Below are positions 11,253 through 22,599 of a stretch of 64,000 nt of DNA, piece by piece (the first letter of the stretch is position 1; each line of letters starts with the position of its first letter). This DNA is from Schizochytrium sp. TIO01 (taxonomy: Eukaryota; Protista; Bigyra: Labyrinthulomycetes). A model generated the notes under the pieces. It was given only the letters and a program-made list of their open reading frames with translations. It was not told the DNA's origin and did not search any database. The translations under genes were made by a program, and so were the position numbers. The DNA is taken from the NCBI GenBank assembly GCA_004764695.1, contig SMSO01000037.1, positions 162,747 to 226,746 on the forward strand, in the 5' to 3' direction.

Positions 11253-11905
11253 GGTTTGCTTTCCTGCTTCCGGACCGCAAGCGAAATGCCTGCCTTGTGC
11301 AAACTAAGGTAAAATGCAATGAATCCTGTTTGCAGTATTTATTTTCGAAGCTTGCTCTTGGTTTGCTCGCTTGGGTAACTACTTGGCTCAGTCACAAGAG
11401 GATTTCTTAGCGTCTTAGTTCAGGTAACTATTGCCTTGCGAGTGCTCAAATCGCCAAATCGCCTCCGAGGTTCCCCCTGGGCCTCGCTCTCCAAGCAAAC
11501 CCCCGTCTTTGCCAGCGCTACTGAGCAGAAGTAAAGTTGTGTTCGCCACGTAAGCGCACACAAGCGCACACAGCTCAAGTCGTTTATTCAAAGACGTTTT
11601 TCCAAACAAGCCAAGCCCTTTTAGTTGCTTTCTTATCCATCAAAATTACAAGAGGAGAAGACTTGATCATTCAATAATCTGATTAATACTTTGTACTTTG
11701 TTCAATATAGTTGTGATAGTGATTGCGATCACCCAGTCACCTTACAGACACTGCTTCTCTTTTTTTCTTTTCTTTTTTAAAGCAAGAAGAGAGTTTTTAG
11801 AAAAACAATAAAAAAACACGCTTATTGGCTTTTCTCGTAGCGAATATAACTGCCCAACGCAATTATTTGCATAGCTATACACACTAGTATGCAAGGGAGA
11901 ATTAC

Positions 11906-13447
11906 TTACCTTCTGCACTCACTGGCAAGTTCTCTCAGTTGAACAACATACCTCAACGGATACATAGACTCAATGAGAAGGTGTGCACTATTCGTGTGAA
12001 CACATCCCCGTGGGGACAGGTTCGAGTACACCAGTACGTGCGTGCCGCTAACTTTTCTGTCCCCAAAAGCAGCTGCAATGACAGAATATATCTAGGCTTT
12101 CACAATTCACTCTGTTAAGTCGGACCGTAAGAAGAGTGATGGCCTTTTCTTTGTGTAGGGCGTTGCCATACAAAAGAGAGCTCACCATGGCGTCGTCGAT
12201 GGGGTTTGCGTCGATTAGCCAAACCTCGAACAAGTTTGGTTTCGAGATGCTCAAAAGGTGTTGCAGCTGTCATGCGGGGTGGTTCAACGCGGCGAGTATC
12301 TTCTTCATCACGAGATGTAAAGCTTAATTTTTTGCCACGATGTTTAGACGGTTGCTTAGCATGAGAAAAATGATCTTCTGGCGGCCATGGAGCTTCGTTC
12401 TCAGATTTGGTTGAAATTAGAGCTGGAGACCTGTGACCAACTGAACTTTGTGCAGTCCTCTGTGATTGTGGTCGTGGGGTACTCCTAGGCAAATCCGATT
12501 CAATCTTCTTATTCACTTTGTTTGGACTCGGCTCCGCTTGGCACAAATTATCACTCACATTCGACGCGGAATGCAGAGAACGTTGTTTACTACCATGCTG
12601 AGCTATTGTTCTAAACATGCATAATGCAGGCTTTTGCTCTACCTTAGGTACGTCTCGCTGGAGTTGGTGCCTATCGGCAGTTTCTCTTGGCGTGGGATAA
12701 AACAGATTTCTGCCTAACATGTTCTAGCTGCAAAGGGCTTAAATCTCTAACTGGCTTTGTTTGCACAAAATTCACAGTCTTATTCGGGTCAGTGTTTTGC
12801 TGACCTATGCTTACGACATCAACCATAGATATACTCAAGGCTTTCGATGATACCGATAGCCCTTCCTTAAGAACATGATGACTGACGTCGTCTAAAGGAG
12901 GACTCTTTAGCTTTGATTCGTACAGAAGACCTTGGCGATTTAGCTCTTCTTCCGCGACATCTGCTAGGATCAAAAGGTATTCCTCTCCCATGGGTCTTTC
13001 AGACCTTGAAGATGTGGAGGCTGCCCAATAGCTTGCAACCGATCCCACAGAGGCAGCGCATTCCATTTTACCACGGAGTCTTTTCGAGGTTTCCAAGGAC
13101 TCTAAAGATACCAAGGAAGGCTGGGACCCTGCCCAGGATGACGAAGCTGACGAGGCAGACAAGGACAAACGGTCAAGCCTACAGGTCATTGGCGTCCTCC
13201 TTAGAGCTTTTGATGAAAGATGCGGCTTACCCTTTGACTTGGGCACATCATCATGTTCCATACTATTTGGTTCCGCATCACTTTCTGAGCTTATCGAAGC
13301 TGCATCGTCAAGAACGGGGAAGAGAGGTGCACGAAAGGAGGTGGAATCACGACAGCGACGTCTTGGTGCGAGGCGCCGAGGGGGGGGTGTCAGAAGTTCT
13401 AACTGTCTCTTTAGACGCGGCGATTGCCGTCGTGGCGTACGCGGCAT
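11906..13447 (-). pseudogene. Frame-broken hypothetical gene (disordered N-terminus, globular-looking C-terminus); pseudogene or mis-assembled gene
   Basis: Four consecutive overlapping minus-strand frames: 13447-12671, 12720-12115, 12254-12048 and 12091-11906. Each is offset +1 from the previous one, and together they read as one ~500-aa protein. Confidence 0.5.
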
Positions 13448-15063
13448 GGGCTTGTTCCGCGATCACCGATCTTCAACTATGCCACTCGCAGCAACGCAAA
13501 TAATGGCTTTAGGCTAAGGGTCAATTGATATCGTTTTGGACTTCCTACTGAGCGGTGATGGCCCCGTAGCTCGTAGTCAGATGGTCTTCAGGAACTGTCA
13601 CGAAGTTTGAGGTTTGAATTCACGAAACTTTGCATATAAAAACAGAGCACTGACACTATCAAACTTTCAAATTTTCAAAATTTCAAAAATTCAACCTTGG
13701 GGAACGCGGGTAACATTTATACTACTAAGTTTTGAGGCTTTTCTGTAGTGGGTTAGGGAGTGACTTAGAGTACCAGGTTGGTTTTTAGGAGACCAATATA
13801 ATCTCAGATATAGGCATATCGCTGATTGCCAGCGCTGTAGCCTAAATTGGAGAGTCAGGTAGCTAAAGAGGGCAGCTAGATAGCTCTAACTACAAGCAAC
13901 TCCTAGGCCGTCATTGTTGAAGTTTTAGCTTGGTTCTTTGGTAAGAATAACGAAATAAACAAGTATCTTCATAAACTTGCTAACTGGGTAGCTCATAATA
14001 TTCATCAACACATATTTACATTTTGAGGTTATTAGGTTCCATCTGGGCCCATGATCTCTGCAAATTTGTTGTACCCCCGTATGCCTGCAATTATTTTCTT
14101 TAATTAAAACATAGCGGATTGAAAAGAAATTTGATCTCGCTTAGGGCGAGTCTCGGGAAGATAATGTCTATAAGAGAGTTGAGAAATCGAACAACTTTTC
14201 ATGTCTAATACTATCTTACTTAAGTTATCTCAAAATGCCCCAGGGATAGTTTGGAGTCGTAAGATGGTGTTAACTATAGAGGAATTGGCTGACTCGACGC
14301 AAAGAAGTGAAAATACTGCTATCAATCTCTGCTGATAATGATAAAGTGGAGCACTATAACAGGAATAAGAACACTCTCAGTTTATTGTCACAGTCTTTTC
14401 AATGTGTCCCGCTAGCAACTGAGATTATTTGGTAGGGGCCTACTAGGCACTAATGGCCAGCTAGAGAAAGTCACATATGTTCCACATGTTCTCACCGGAT
14501 AAAACCAACACCAATACATCGTTTGAGATGTTGTCCTGACAGTGCATGGGCAAGGAACTGTTACATCCAATTTCGGGGTTTAACATAGGCTAGCGTTCAT
14601 CGCGTTCATCACACGAGCTATGGACATCTTAGTAATCCGAGGTACCTATAAGGTCTCGATAGTTCTCAGAGACTAAGGAACCTCTCTTCGACCCCCCTCT
14701 CTAGAGAATTTTGTGTGCGCGGAGAGGGAAATTCCGGCCTATGCAAAGGCACAACTTGAAGCCAAAATGGACTTGGATAATTAAAACAATACAAGGTTAC
14801 CGCTGATACCCAATTAACTAAAACTCTAGACAAGGAATTATACTGAGTCAAGTCAAGTCCAACTTTAATGGGAAGGCTGCAAGAACTTGCAACAGTAGCT
14901 TTATAAGGACTCATATTCAGGAAACGCGAACCATCACCAACGTCGTGCGGACAGGCGTCCAAACCATCTTGCCTGCGCGCACTGCGCTCGCGAATTCTGT
15001 CTAGTTTTGAAGCGGTAGTTGTAGGGAGCAGCTGCTGCCGGTATTTGATATATCCTGTGATAT

Positions 15064-15828
15064 TTGCATGGAATGAGCGCGTTGGTAGCCTGTATTGCAG
15101 TACCGAACCTGAACTTGACGCAGATTGCCATTAACTGCGATAATACAAAGATGACTATAACACAGACTGAAAGAAGCAAGCACATTCATGGGGCCTTTGA
15201 TAGTGATGCACGGATACGATCTACTCGAATAGGAGGCCATGTTCACCGAAACATGCAGTACCAAGCTCATCAAAGGTTATCAGAGCAATATCAAATATCA
15301 GCAAACAACAGCAACAACAGCAATGATCATGACAATAGTTGTGAGTATTACAAAGAATCAATCCAAAATCGCAATACTAAGACTCATTACACTTCAGCAA
15401 GACGTCAGCAGCAAGTATCATGGCAATATACGAATGCATCAGAAGTGACCAGCGCTAGGCTTCAGACACCACGATCTGTTTCTTCCATAATACACCATCA
15501 CACAGCACAGAAAATTGTTCGCGTAAAGCAGAGGCGTCCAAAGCCTTACAGTTGCTATGAGAAGTATGTACATATACATAACGGAGAGCGACCGCCCGAT
15601 CCGTACATTAGTGAAGCTGAAAAGCGGCAGCTTGACGAAAATGCATCGCGCAAACGTTGGATTGGAAAAGCATTTATTGTGACAGATCATAAAGCTGCAG
15701 TGGCACAAAGGGAGCGTGCCTCTGCTGCAGGTTGTGTCACGGCTTCTGGGCCTTACATAGGCTCACCTCTGGCATTTCGTGATGACGACAAGTCCAAATA
15801 TGTTGGTCCAAGAGGCTTTATTGTCTAA
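15064..15828 (+). CDS. Hypothetical protein with two C-terminal PY..K(W/Y)(I/V)G..F repeats; possibly axonemal
   Basis: 254-aa ORF; the true start is uncertain (e.g. ATG 15150 or 15252). The C-terminal part contains PDPYISEAEKRQLDENASRKRWIGKAFIV and GPYIGSPLAFRDDDKSKYVGPRGFIV. Confidence 0.6.
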   Translation: MHGMSALVACIAVPNLNLTQIAINCDNTKMTITQTERSKHIHGAFDSDARIRSTRIGGHVHRNMQYQAHQRLSEQYQISANNSNNSNDHDNSCEYYKESIQNRNTKTHYTSARRQQQVSWQYTNASEVTSARLQTPRSVSSIIHHHTAQKIVRVKQRRPKPYSCYEKYVHIHNGERPPDPYISEAEKRQLDENASRKRWIGKAFIVTDHKAAVAQRERASAAGCVTASGPYIGSPLAFRDDDKSKYVGPRGFIV

Positions 15829-15941
15829 GCTTAGGTCTAGATAGATATAAAAACAGCCTGCTACTGGGAAGCATGCTATCATATTGTCCTTCAGGAGTTA
15901 GACTTCGACCATTCTAGCTTTCAATTTTTTTTTTAATACAG

Positions 15942-16763
15942 CTCGATGGCAGCGACATAGCAATTTGCTGCACGAGATTATTCGACTGTCCTTTCGGCTT
16001 TTACTACAGCTCGATTTCGAGAAGAAGAAGAAAACTTTAAAATTTTCAAGCACCTAGAGGATATTTGCAGTCTAACTTCTTAAACTGAGATTTCAGAAAA
16101 CTTATTTATGGACAAAATTAAGCCAAGACTGAGGTTTGGGTGTTTGCGGTATGGATAAAAATTGAAAGCCTGTTCTGATTTACTTTTAAATGTCCAAACT
16201 CTCTTCTGACAGCATGTACTACGACTTCGTTGATATATTGGCGAAGTACATGTTGAAATCTCGCTTCATGCAACAAAGCTTAAATTTTATATTCCATCAG
16301 GTAGATTTGTATTCAGAAATCCATGAAAATGAAAGCATCTAAATACACATTTTTATACTATCCCAGTTTTGAGCCTGTGTCGACATTTGGAAAAAAGGAA
16401 AGTAGCTCTTGGCAGTTCAATCTTATTGGCAGCTTGTAGAAGACGATCTCTCTAGCCTACTAGAAACATAATGATTAAGGTATGAGTCAATAATATTGTT
16501 GAGCAGCTTTGATTTCGTCCTAACTATTTCCTCACTCTTGGGCACACACAATTTTACCTTGGTAGCATTCGGTTGTTGGCTCATTTGGAGTAAGGTTTCA
16601 ATGAAACGACGTTCTACTCTTCAGGGAGCTCTGTCTTCTGGGTTATATTGATGCTGTCTCTCCAAGTGTTATTCCTGCACAATATCTTCTGCGGAATGCG
16701 CGTCGCCATCCAGCCCCTCACCATCCAATTCCGTTTTCGTCATAGTTACATGAAGTATCATTA
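15942..16763 (+). pseudogene. Possible unprocessed pseudogene (three exons, several in-frame stops)
   Basis: Poly-T acceptor ending at 15941. Intron-like 16134-16212 (GTTTGG..CTGACAG) and 16480-16565 (GTATGA..CCTAAC..GGTAG), both phase 2. The spliced frame reads protein-like (MYYDFVDILAKYMLKSRFMQQSLNFIFHQ) but has about 8 stops. Confidence 0.3.
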
Positions 16764-18502
16764 GGTATGTTTGGCTCAAAATAACAAATGATGGTGATCG
16801 TCACAAAACACCAAATCGTTACGAGGCCAAGCAAGCCTTGGTCCCTCTTTCACGTGAATTCTCCGGAGTGTGCGACTCCCTCCCATGCCCACTGACAATT
16901 GTCCCTCGCAAATCTGTGCCCACTTCCCTCTTGTCCACTGGAACTTTTTAGTTTTGGCAATCTAACTTCTTTGTGAGGGTGGAGCGCCCATGAAGTTGTC
17001 CACCCTCACAAAAAAAGTCCCCACATCCCGCTCTTTTACGAAGATTTCCAGCGTGCGATCTTCCGGGCCGCGAGAAAAGCGTACCGCAGACTCACCTTAA
17101 CTGATGGAGGCTAAGCAGGCAGTAACTTTAAGGTACTTTGCAAGTGCACGCGCTAGTTCGTGAGATCATGAGCGCTGCCAATAGCAATAGCGCTACCTCG
17201 AGAGCCCCTTCGCGCGCTGTGCTCCTACTACCTCTGCGTCGCCTACCAACCGGCACCCCGGGCTTCCGCCGATCAGCCTGGAATCCTTCCACTGTATTCG
17301 CAGCGCCCCAAGTGCCCATCTGTCTGGAAGTGGAGTCTTGAGCTTAACGAAAGAGAACTCTTCGTCGTCTCTCGAGGCCCTCATCAACCTTGCCGCAGCC
17401 GCTTTTCTTGAGTTTGGTTGTAGAAACACGCAAGTGGGCTTCTGCTCGCAGAACCCAGAGCAAAGCTAAGAATAAACAGGAAAATCACAGACTGCCTCCT
17501 TCGAGACCTCAAGGCTGTGTAAAGCGGGGGAAAGCAGCCCCGTCGGACGCTGTTTGAGCGAATTGCGTAGCTCCAAAGAAGAGAAAAAGAGAAAACAAAA
17601 AGTAAAAAGCACTTCGAGTACCTCGAACAAGAATCAGCCACGAGGGAAGGCAGAAAAGATTGGATAAGCACGGTCTTTAGTCTTGCACGCGTTGAGCTCG
17701 CACACAGCAACAAGTTGCTGAGCGTCTAGTCCAAGGCAAAGACAACTTCAATCTACTGAGTTGACACTCAAAGTACGCTATTTTACAAGCACCGCTTGCT
17801 ATTGCTTAGTGGAAGAAGATTACGCGGAGCTTTTCTCTTACTAAACAAAAAGGTGGCAGTGCAGAAAAAAATAGAAGTTCAGGGCTTGCAGAACCCCAGT
17901 GGCGAGCCAGCTGCTGGTAATTAAACCAATCACTAACTAGTAGCAGGCATCGTGCTCGTGTCACGGTTGCTTCCTCGTTCTAGAATCTCATTTTTCTTCA
18001 CCACATTAAGACAAGGCTACTATTCAAGTTCCTCTTGGTGTTTGAATTCATTGAAGCTAATCGACCTTCAAGTTCTTCAACCTGAGGTTTTGATTTGTGT
18101 TAAGCTTAGGCGGAAACTTTTGGGTGATAGAGACATAGCAGTTCGAGTTACAGATACATTGGGCTATCGCAGCATCGAAACTACAGCCTAATTCTTCTCA
18201 TTAAAGGGGAATACCCTAAGCAAAGGTTCCCTGAACGTACCTCAAACATTCCAACGAGGTAAAAAGAATTGTACAAACGTAGACAGCAGACCCGAAACGC
18301 TTAGCGCTTCACTCAGCTGGTACGTTAAAGTTGCTACTGTGCTTTATTCTTCAAACGTGGTGTAGTGCATACACAGAAGCAAGCAACCAGACAGGCACAT
18401 TAAAGTCTTGGGATTAGTGGTGCTGACCATCTGGTGTGAAATTGTTGGTGTGTTTTCTACGAAGACAAGAAAGCTTAGCTCTTTATCTTTTCACCTTCAT
18501 AC

Positions 18503-20295
18503 ATGACAACACCTGGCGCACTCCCAATGTCTGTCTCAGAGCACGATGTTGCAGCATATGCAGAGTCGCTAATCCCTACCCCAGATGTGGAGAATGAGTA
18601 CTCGGACAGTTTCACTGATTCACGCTTCCAGGACAACCAAATTAGTCCTCCAGACGATTATCCTTTTAACAAGAGGCTATCTCAAGACAGAGACTTCCAC
18701 CCTGAGGAGCGCTCCTGCTACAGTGACGACTCGGAGTTTAGTCCCATCTCATCCAGGGCATCTGGAATGGGCAGCAGCTCTTGCAGCTCTTGCAGCGAGG
18801 CTGATAGCGATTGCCATTCTAGCGATGAGACAATCATTAAGCAAGAGACTCACTTTCCTATGAATTCTATTCCTGAACATGACCAACATCCTGATTTGCT
18901 CGACCCTTTCTTTGACCGATTATCCAGGTATTATATCGTTGGCATCTTTCCTTCCACCGCTCCCAGACCTCTTCCTGATTTCTGACGACTTTACGGAGCC
19001 GCCTAGAAATAGTGAACCTGTGATGGATGAAGATGACCTTCATTTTGATTTCAACAGGGAGGAGAAGAATTTTAACCACTTTCATGAAATAACTTATTTA
19101 CACGCCCCGCCTCCTATCAGCGGTAGAGGAGAGGGAGAGTCTGACAGTATAGTCACGGGAAGGTCACCTACTGGTTATCTCCAGCAGCAGCAGCATACTC
19201 TACAAGCCTCCTTCAGTTCGACATCGCATCTAAAGCGAGAACGGGATTTTACAACTACAGATGTACTCGACAGTGTATCTCAAAACAAATTATCTGCACG
19301 GGTTTTTAAAGAGATCATGACCAAGAAAGAACTACTAGCTTTGATTGGTCAATATCTTATCAACAACAACCGTGGTGAGCGCGATTTCGAGGGTCTTAAG
19401 CGAACTGTAGGTAGATTCAACATTTCTGAGGCTGTACAAGATGAGCTTAATACTTCATTCAAGCAAAAGGTAAAAAACATTATTCCAGGAACGCCGCAAA
19501 CGTGCACAATTGGAGACTTGGAAGGTTCTTCGAAAGGCCCCAAATCTTTGTGATGAACTTCGCAGCCGTCTTCCGGATCCCGACAAATACGAAGATGCCT
19601 TTCTTGAGCAGCTAGCAGAGCACTTGCAACTCTTGTTCAATGCAAATAAAAACGAGCCTGGAAATCTACTAGATTGGCCCCATGAGATTCGTGAAATTGT
19701 TATTGCCAAAGTCAAGTATCTGCATCAAAATTTCTACGGAAACCGCATTTTCGACATGTACGAAGACCTTGGCTTTCTCTTTGCCCTAGGCGACCTACAA
19801 CTCGCAATTCTATCTAGTTGCGACTGCTCCAAATGTCGCGAGGCATGGTCACTAGACAAAATTAATCAGAAAGATCCCGCAGCCCTCAAACTTCACTGGA
19901 CGCGCGAGGTGTGCAATCTTCTGGCAAAGTTGCTTGAGTGCCATATCGATCTTGGCAAGGAGATGTTCGACTTCGTTCTTCGGAACGAACCCAAGGTCTT
20001 TGAATGGGACGTTAAGCATATCAACGTTCTTCTGAGGACTCTTCACACCTCAACCCAGTGCAGTATCTGCAAGCAAAACAAGCGCACACGTCACCGTGGT
20101 GCGGACTCGCTGGAAGAATTTGACGAGATTGATGAGTATCACAACGATATTGATCAACTCTATCACCACGCGGTTCCTGGAGGTTTTAGTTCTATAGGCA
20201 AGAACAACGATCTTGATGACGAAAGTTATTTTGCAGATCTCTCCCTGGAGCAGACAACTGCTTGGGAGATTATGCAAACGTATGAACTCGATTAG
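18503..20295 (+). CDS. Hypothetical protein (acidic Ser-rich N-terminus; helical C-terminus with CDCSKC and CSIC) split over three frames
   Basis: ORFs 18503-18985, 18879-19553 and 19510-20295 overlap with +1 offsets. A 79-nt intron (18928-19006) resolves the first join. The second join needs a 1-nt indel at the A6 run (19472-19477) or a 19-nt GT-AG segment. Confidence 0.65.
18928..19006 (+). other. Putative spliceosomal intron (79 nt)
   Basis: AG|GTATTA donor, CTGAC branch-like site at 18982, CCTAG acceptor. Removal joins LSR to NSEPVMDEDD in frame. Confidence 0.5.
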
Positions 20296-20856
20296 ATTCT
20301 TAACTTGTGTCAAATGCTGTATTCTAAATCTCCATTAAGTGCTTATATACTTCTATTGTCACGTTCTTTCCCCCCCCCTTCACTTCAGAACCTATTATAA
20401 ATTACGTCTATTTTCAAGTGACATTCTCTTCCTTTTTTATTATTACAAAAGAAAATACATTAAAAAAGAGAACTAACAAGCCATAAGCTTCTGTGGTAAA
20501 TATTGAAGTAAAGGTATTTTAAGTTGTCTGTCTATAAGCTTTTACAATGAGGTAAAAGAATATGAATAATTTAAGGTATACCTCATTTCCATTTCTTTCT
20601 CTCTTAGAAACCTGTGAAAAATAGAGAATATGAAGTTGTCGATCACAAGGAACTCATTAAACAAAACAGCTTTACTAGTAAGATTCATCTTAAGCTAGCC
20701 CCAAAACGTCAAGAACCTCGTGCACAAACATCCATGAAGAGTAAAACTGAAAGACAGTCCCCCCCTCTCTGTCAATAAACTTTGATATGACAAAAAAGGA
20801 TTGATCTCGGTAACCCTACCGAACTAGCCAGAGTTCATGACTGAGAAATGTCCACC

Positions 20857-22599
20857 TCAATCACTTGCCCGAGAGCGAAATAGATTTATGAGATTGTCCA
20901 TACACTTGCACTTCTCGCGAATGATATATTGTCTGAAGAAGTCAGGCATTGGCTTTGGCCCAGCTTGCATGTCCATTATCCAAATTAATGTGAGATTAGT
21001 CTTCATATCATCAACAAAACCGTCCACAGCCCTAGCCGCTTCCATTATGTACCCCGATGCCCGCATTCGTGCGCGAACGTGGGTTCTAGGGTTTGGAAGA
21101 CATTGCTGCCAGGCGACGGACTGTAGACCGACAATATATTCACGAAATGATTCGTAGCTGATGCGTAATGCACACATATCTCTTGGTTTTGTTAGTTCTG
21201 GCGATAGAACATCTGCTACTCCACCGTGCAGGCTTGCGTTGAGGGGTCGAAAACCTTTTAGCTTTAAGTGTAGAATTCCTGATTGTTTGTCGAGAGCCTC
21301 AACATCTTGTACATGTTCAATTGCATCATCCCATCCAGGCCATGAGGTGCAAGCCGAGATGAGACGAAACACAGCGCTAGGTGGAACTGCCAACGTGACT
21401 TGGCACTTTATATGCAGGTACTCATCTTTGATACTTTGGATAAAATGACGAGTGTACATGTTGAGTCTGTGCTGACTTGTTTGCCCACAACATCGCCAAT
21501 CGTCAGTGCTTCTGGCTCGCTCAATCAGACTCTGTAAGGTCTCCTTGGAAACCCGTTCCGGATTCAAAAGAGCAATCTGAGCCGCCCGCTCGCGAGCTGA
21601 ACGTAAACCTTCGATCGGCATTCCCTGAGTACGCCAGTCTCGCGGAGATGCGCGCCCATCAACCCAGTCAACCTCATCTGTACCAGCTCGCAATGCTTCC
21701 CTTGTGTCTTGACACCAGTCGTGTACCTTGCGCATGGATGGCTTTCGAATCCTCAAGGCCATCTTGAGGAGTCCACTATCATTAATAAAGCACTTGGCTG
21801 CCCCGAGAGAAGGGCCTACCACGGTGTGCTCGATATCAACTTCTTCATCCGTGACAGCCAATGCATCATGCATATCAATGCCGAGAGTTTCACAAATATC
21901 TTCCAGTAGCCAAACTCTTCCGTTATCAAGACATCGTATACATCGATCTATGAAAACACACTCTATAGGTATTGGCGCTCGGCTTTTGGATGTCGAGCTA
22001 AACGAACTTGTGCGTGCCGAGTCCTGATCAGAGGTAGGTATTCTGCCTCTATGTCGCTGTTTATTCCTTATTTTGTTTACAAACCCAAGAGCTCGATGGC
22101 TTGTCCCAAGACTTCCCAAACCGCCCCGGGTCTTGTCCTGTTGTGAAAGCTGCTGCACAGCCTGCTGCGGCTGTTGATGTGTCTGTTTCGGAAGTGTAGA
22201 AGAGAACACTGCCTTTGCGGTTGTTGGTCTTAGATCCAAACCATCCATCCTAGTGGACATGTCAATTTCATCCTCGTCATCACTTGAGCTTGAGCTTCTC
22301 AACCTTCGAGCTGCCCGTCGCGAAGCAGCACGAACTTTTGCGTTAAAACGTTCCTGCACTCTCGGCGATACAGCACACCGATGAAATGCATGCCCTAGTC
22401 CACAAAGCATGCAAGTCTCTTGGTCATCGATATCTCTGTTCTCCCCATCTTCTGCGATTCTACGCACAAATGGGTGACCTTGCAGCTCTCCTTGACGATC
22501 ATCATCATCTACATCATGAAACCCCTTGGTAAAGACGAGACCATCACCCCATGCTCTCGCGGCAACCTCACGCCGTGTGCGCCAACTGGCGTTGTGCAT
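20857..22599 (-). CDS. Zn-knuckle + Bro-N + START-domain protein
   Basis: 580-aa ORF. CMLCGLGHAFHRC (aa63-75). Bro-N-like IRCLDNGRVWLLEDICETLG..FINDSGLLKMALRIRKPSMRKVHDWC..EALRAG (aa~214-306). START with WDD, KPRDMC, QSV, HVRA, SGY and MPDFF motifs (aa~355-575). Confidence 0.8.
   Translation of the reverse strand: MHNASWRTRREVAARAWGDGLVFTKGFHDVDDDDRQGELQGHPFVRRIAEDGENRDIDDQETCMLCGLGHAFHRCAVSPRVQERFNAKVRAASRRAARRLRSSSSSDDEDEIDMSTRMDGLDLRPTTAKAVFSSTLPKQTHQQPQQAVQQLSQQDKTRGGLGSLGTSHRALGFVNKIRNKQRHRGRIPTSDQDSARTSSFSSTSKSRAPIPIECVFIDRCIRCLDNGRVWLLEDICETLGIDMHDALAVTDEEVDIEHTVVGPSLGAAKCFINDSGLLKMALRIRKPSMRKVHDWCQDTREALRAGTDEVDWVDGRASPRDWRTQGMPIEGLRSARERAAQIALLNPERVSKETLQSLIERARSTDDWRCCGQTSQHRLNMYTRHFIQSIKDEYLHIKCQVTLAVPPSAVFRLISACTSWPGWDDAIEHVQDVEALDKQSGILHLKLKGFRPLNASLHGGVADVLSPELTKPRDMCALRISYESFREYIVGLQSVAWQQCLPNPRTHVRARMRASGYIMEAARAVDGFVDDMKTNLTLIWIMDMQAGPKPMPDFFRQYIIREKCKCMDNLINLFRSRASD

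Noticed and set aside
17050-17430. Minus-strand fragments (AIAIGSAH / HELARALAKYLKV) faintly resembling a PRPP synthetase N-terminus
   Set aside because: Needs several frame switches and a stop, and no downstream PRS motifs are visible.
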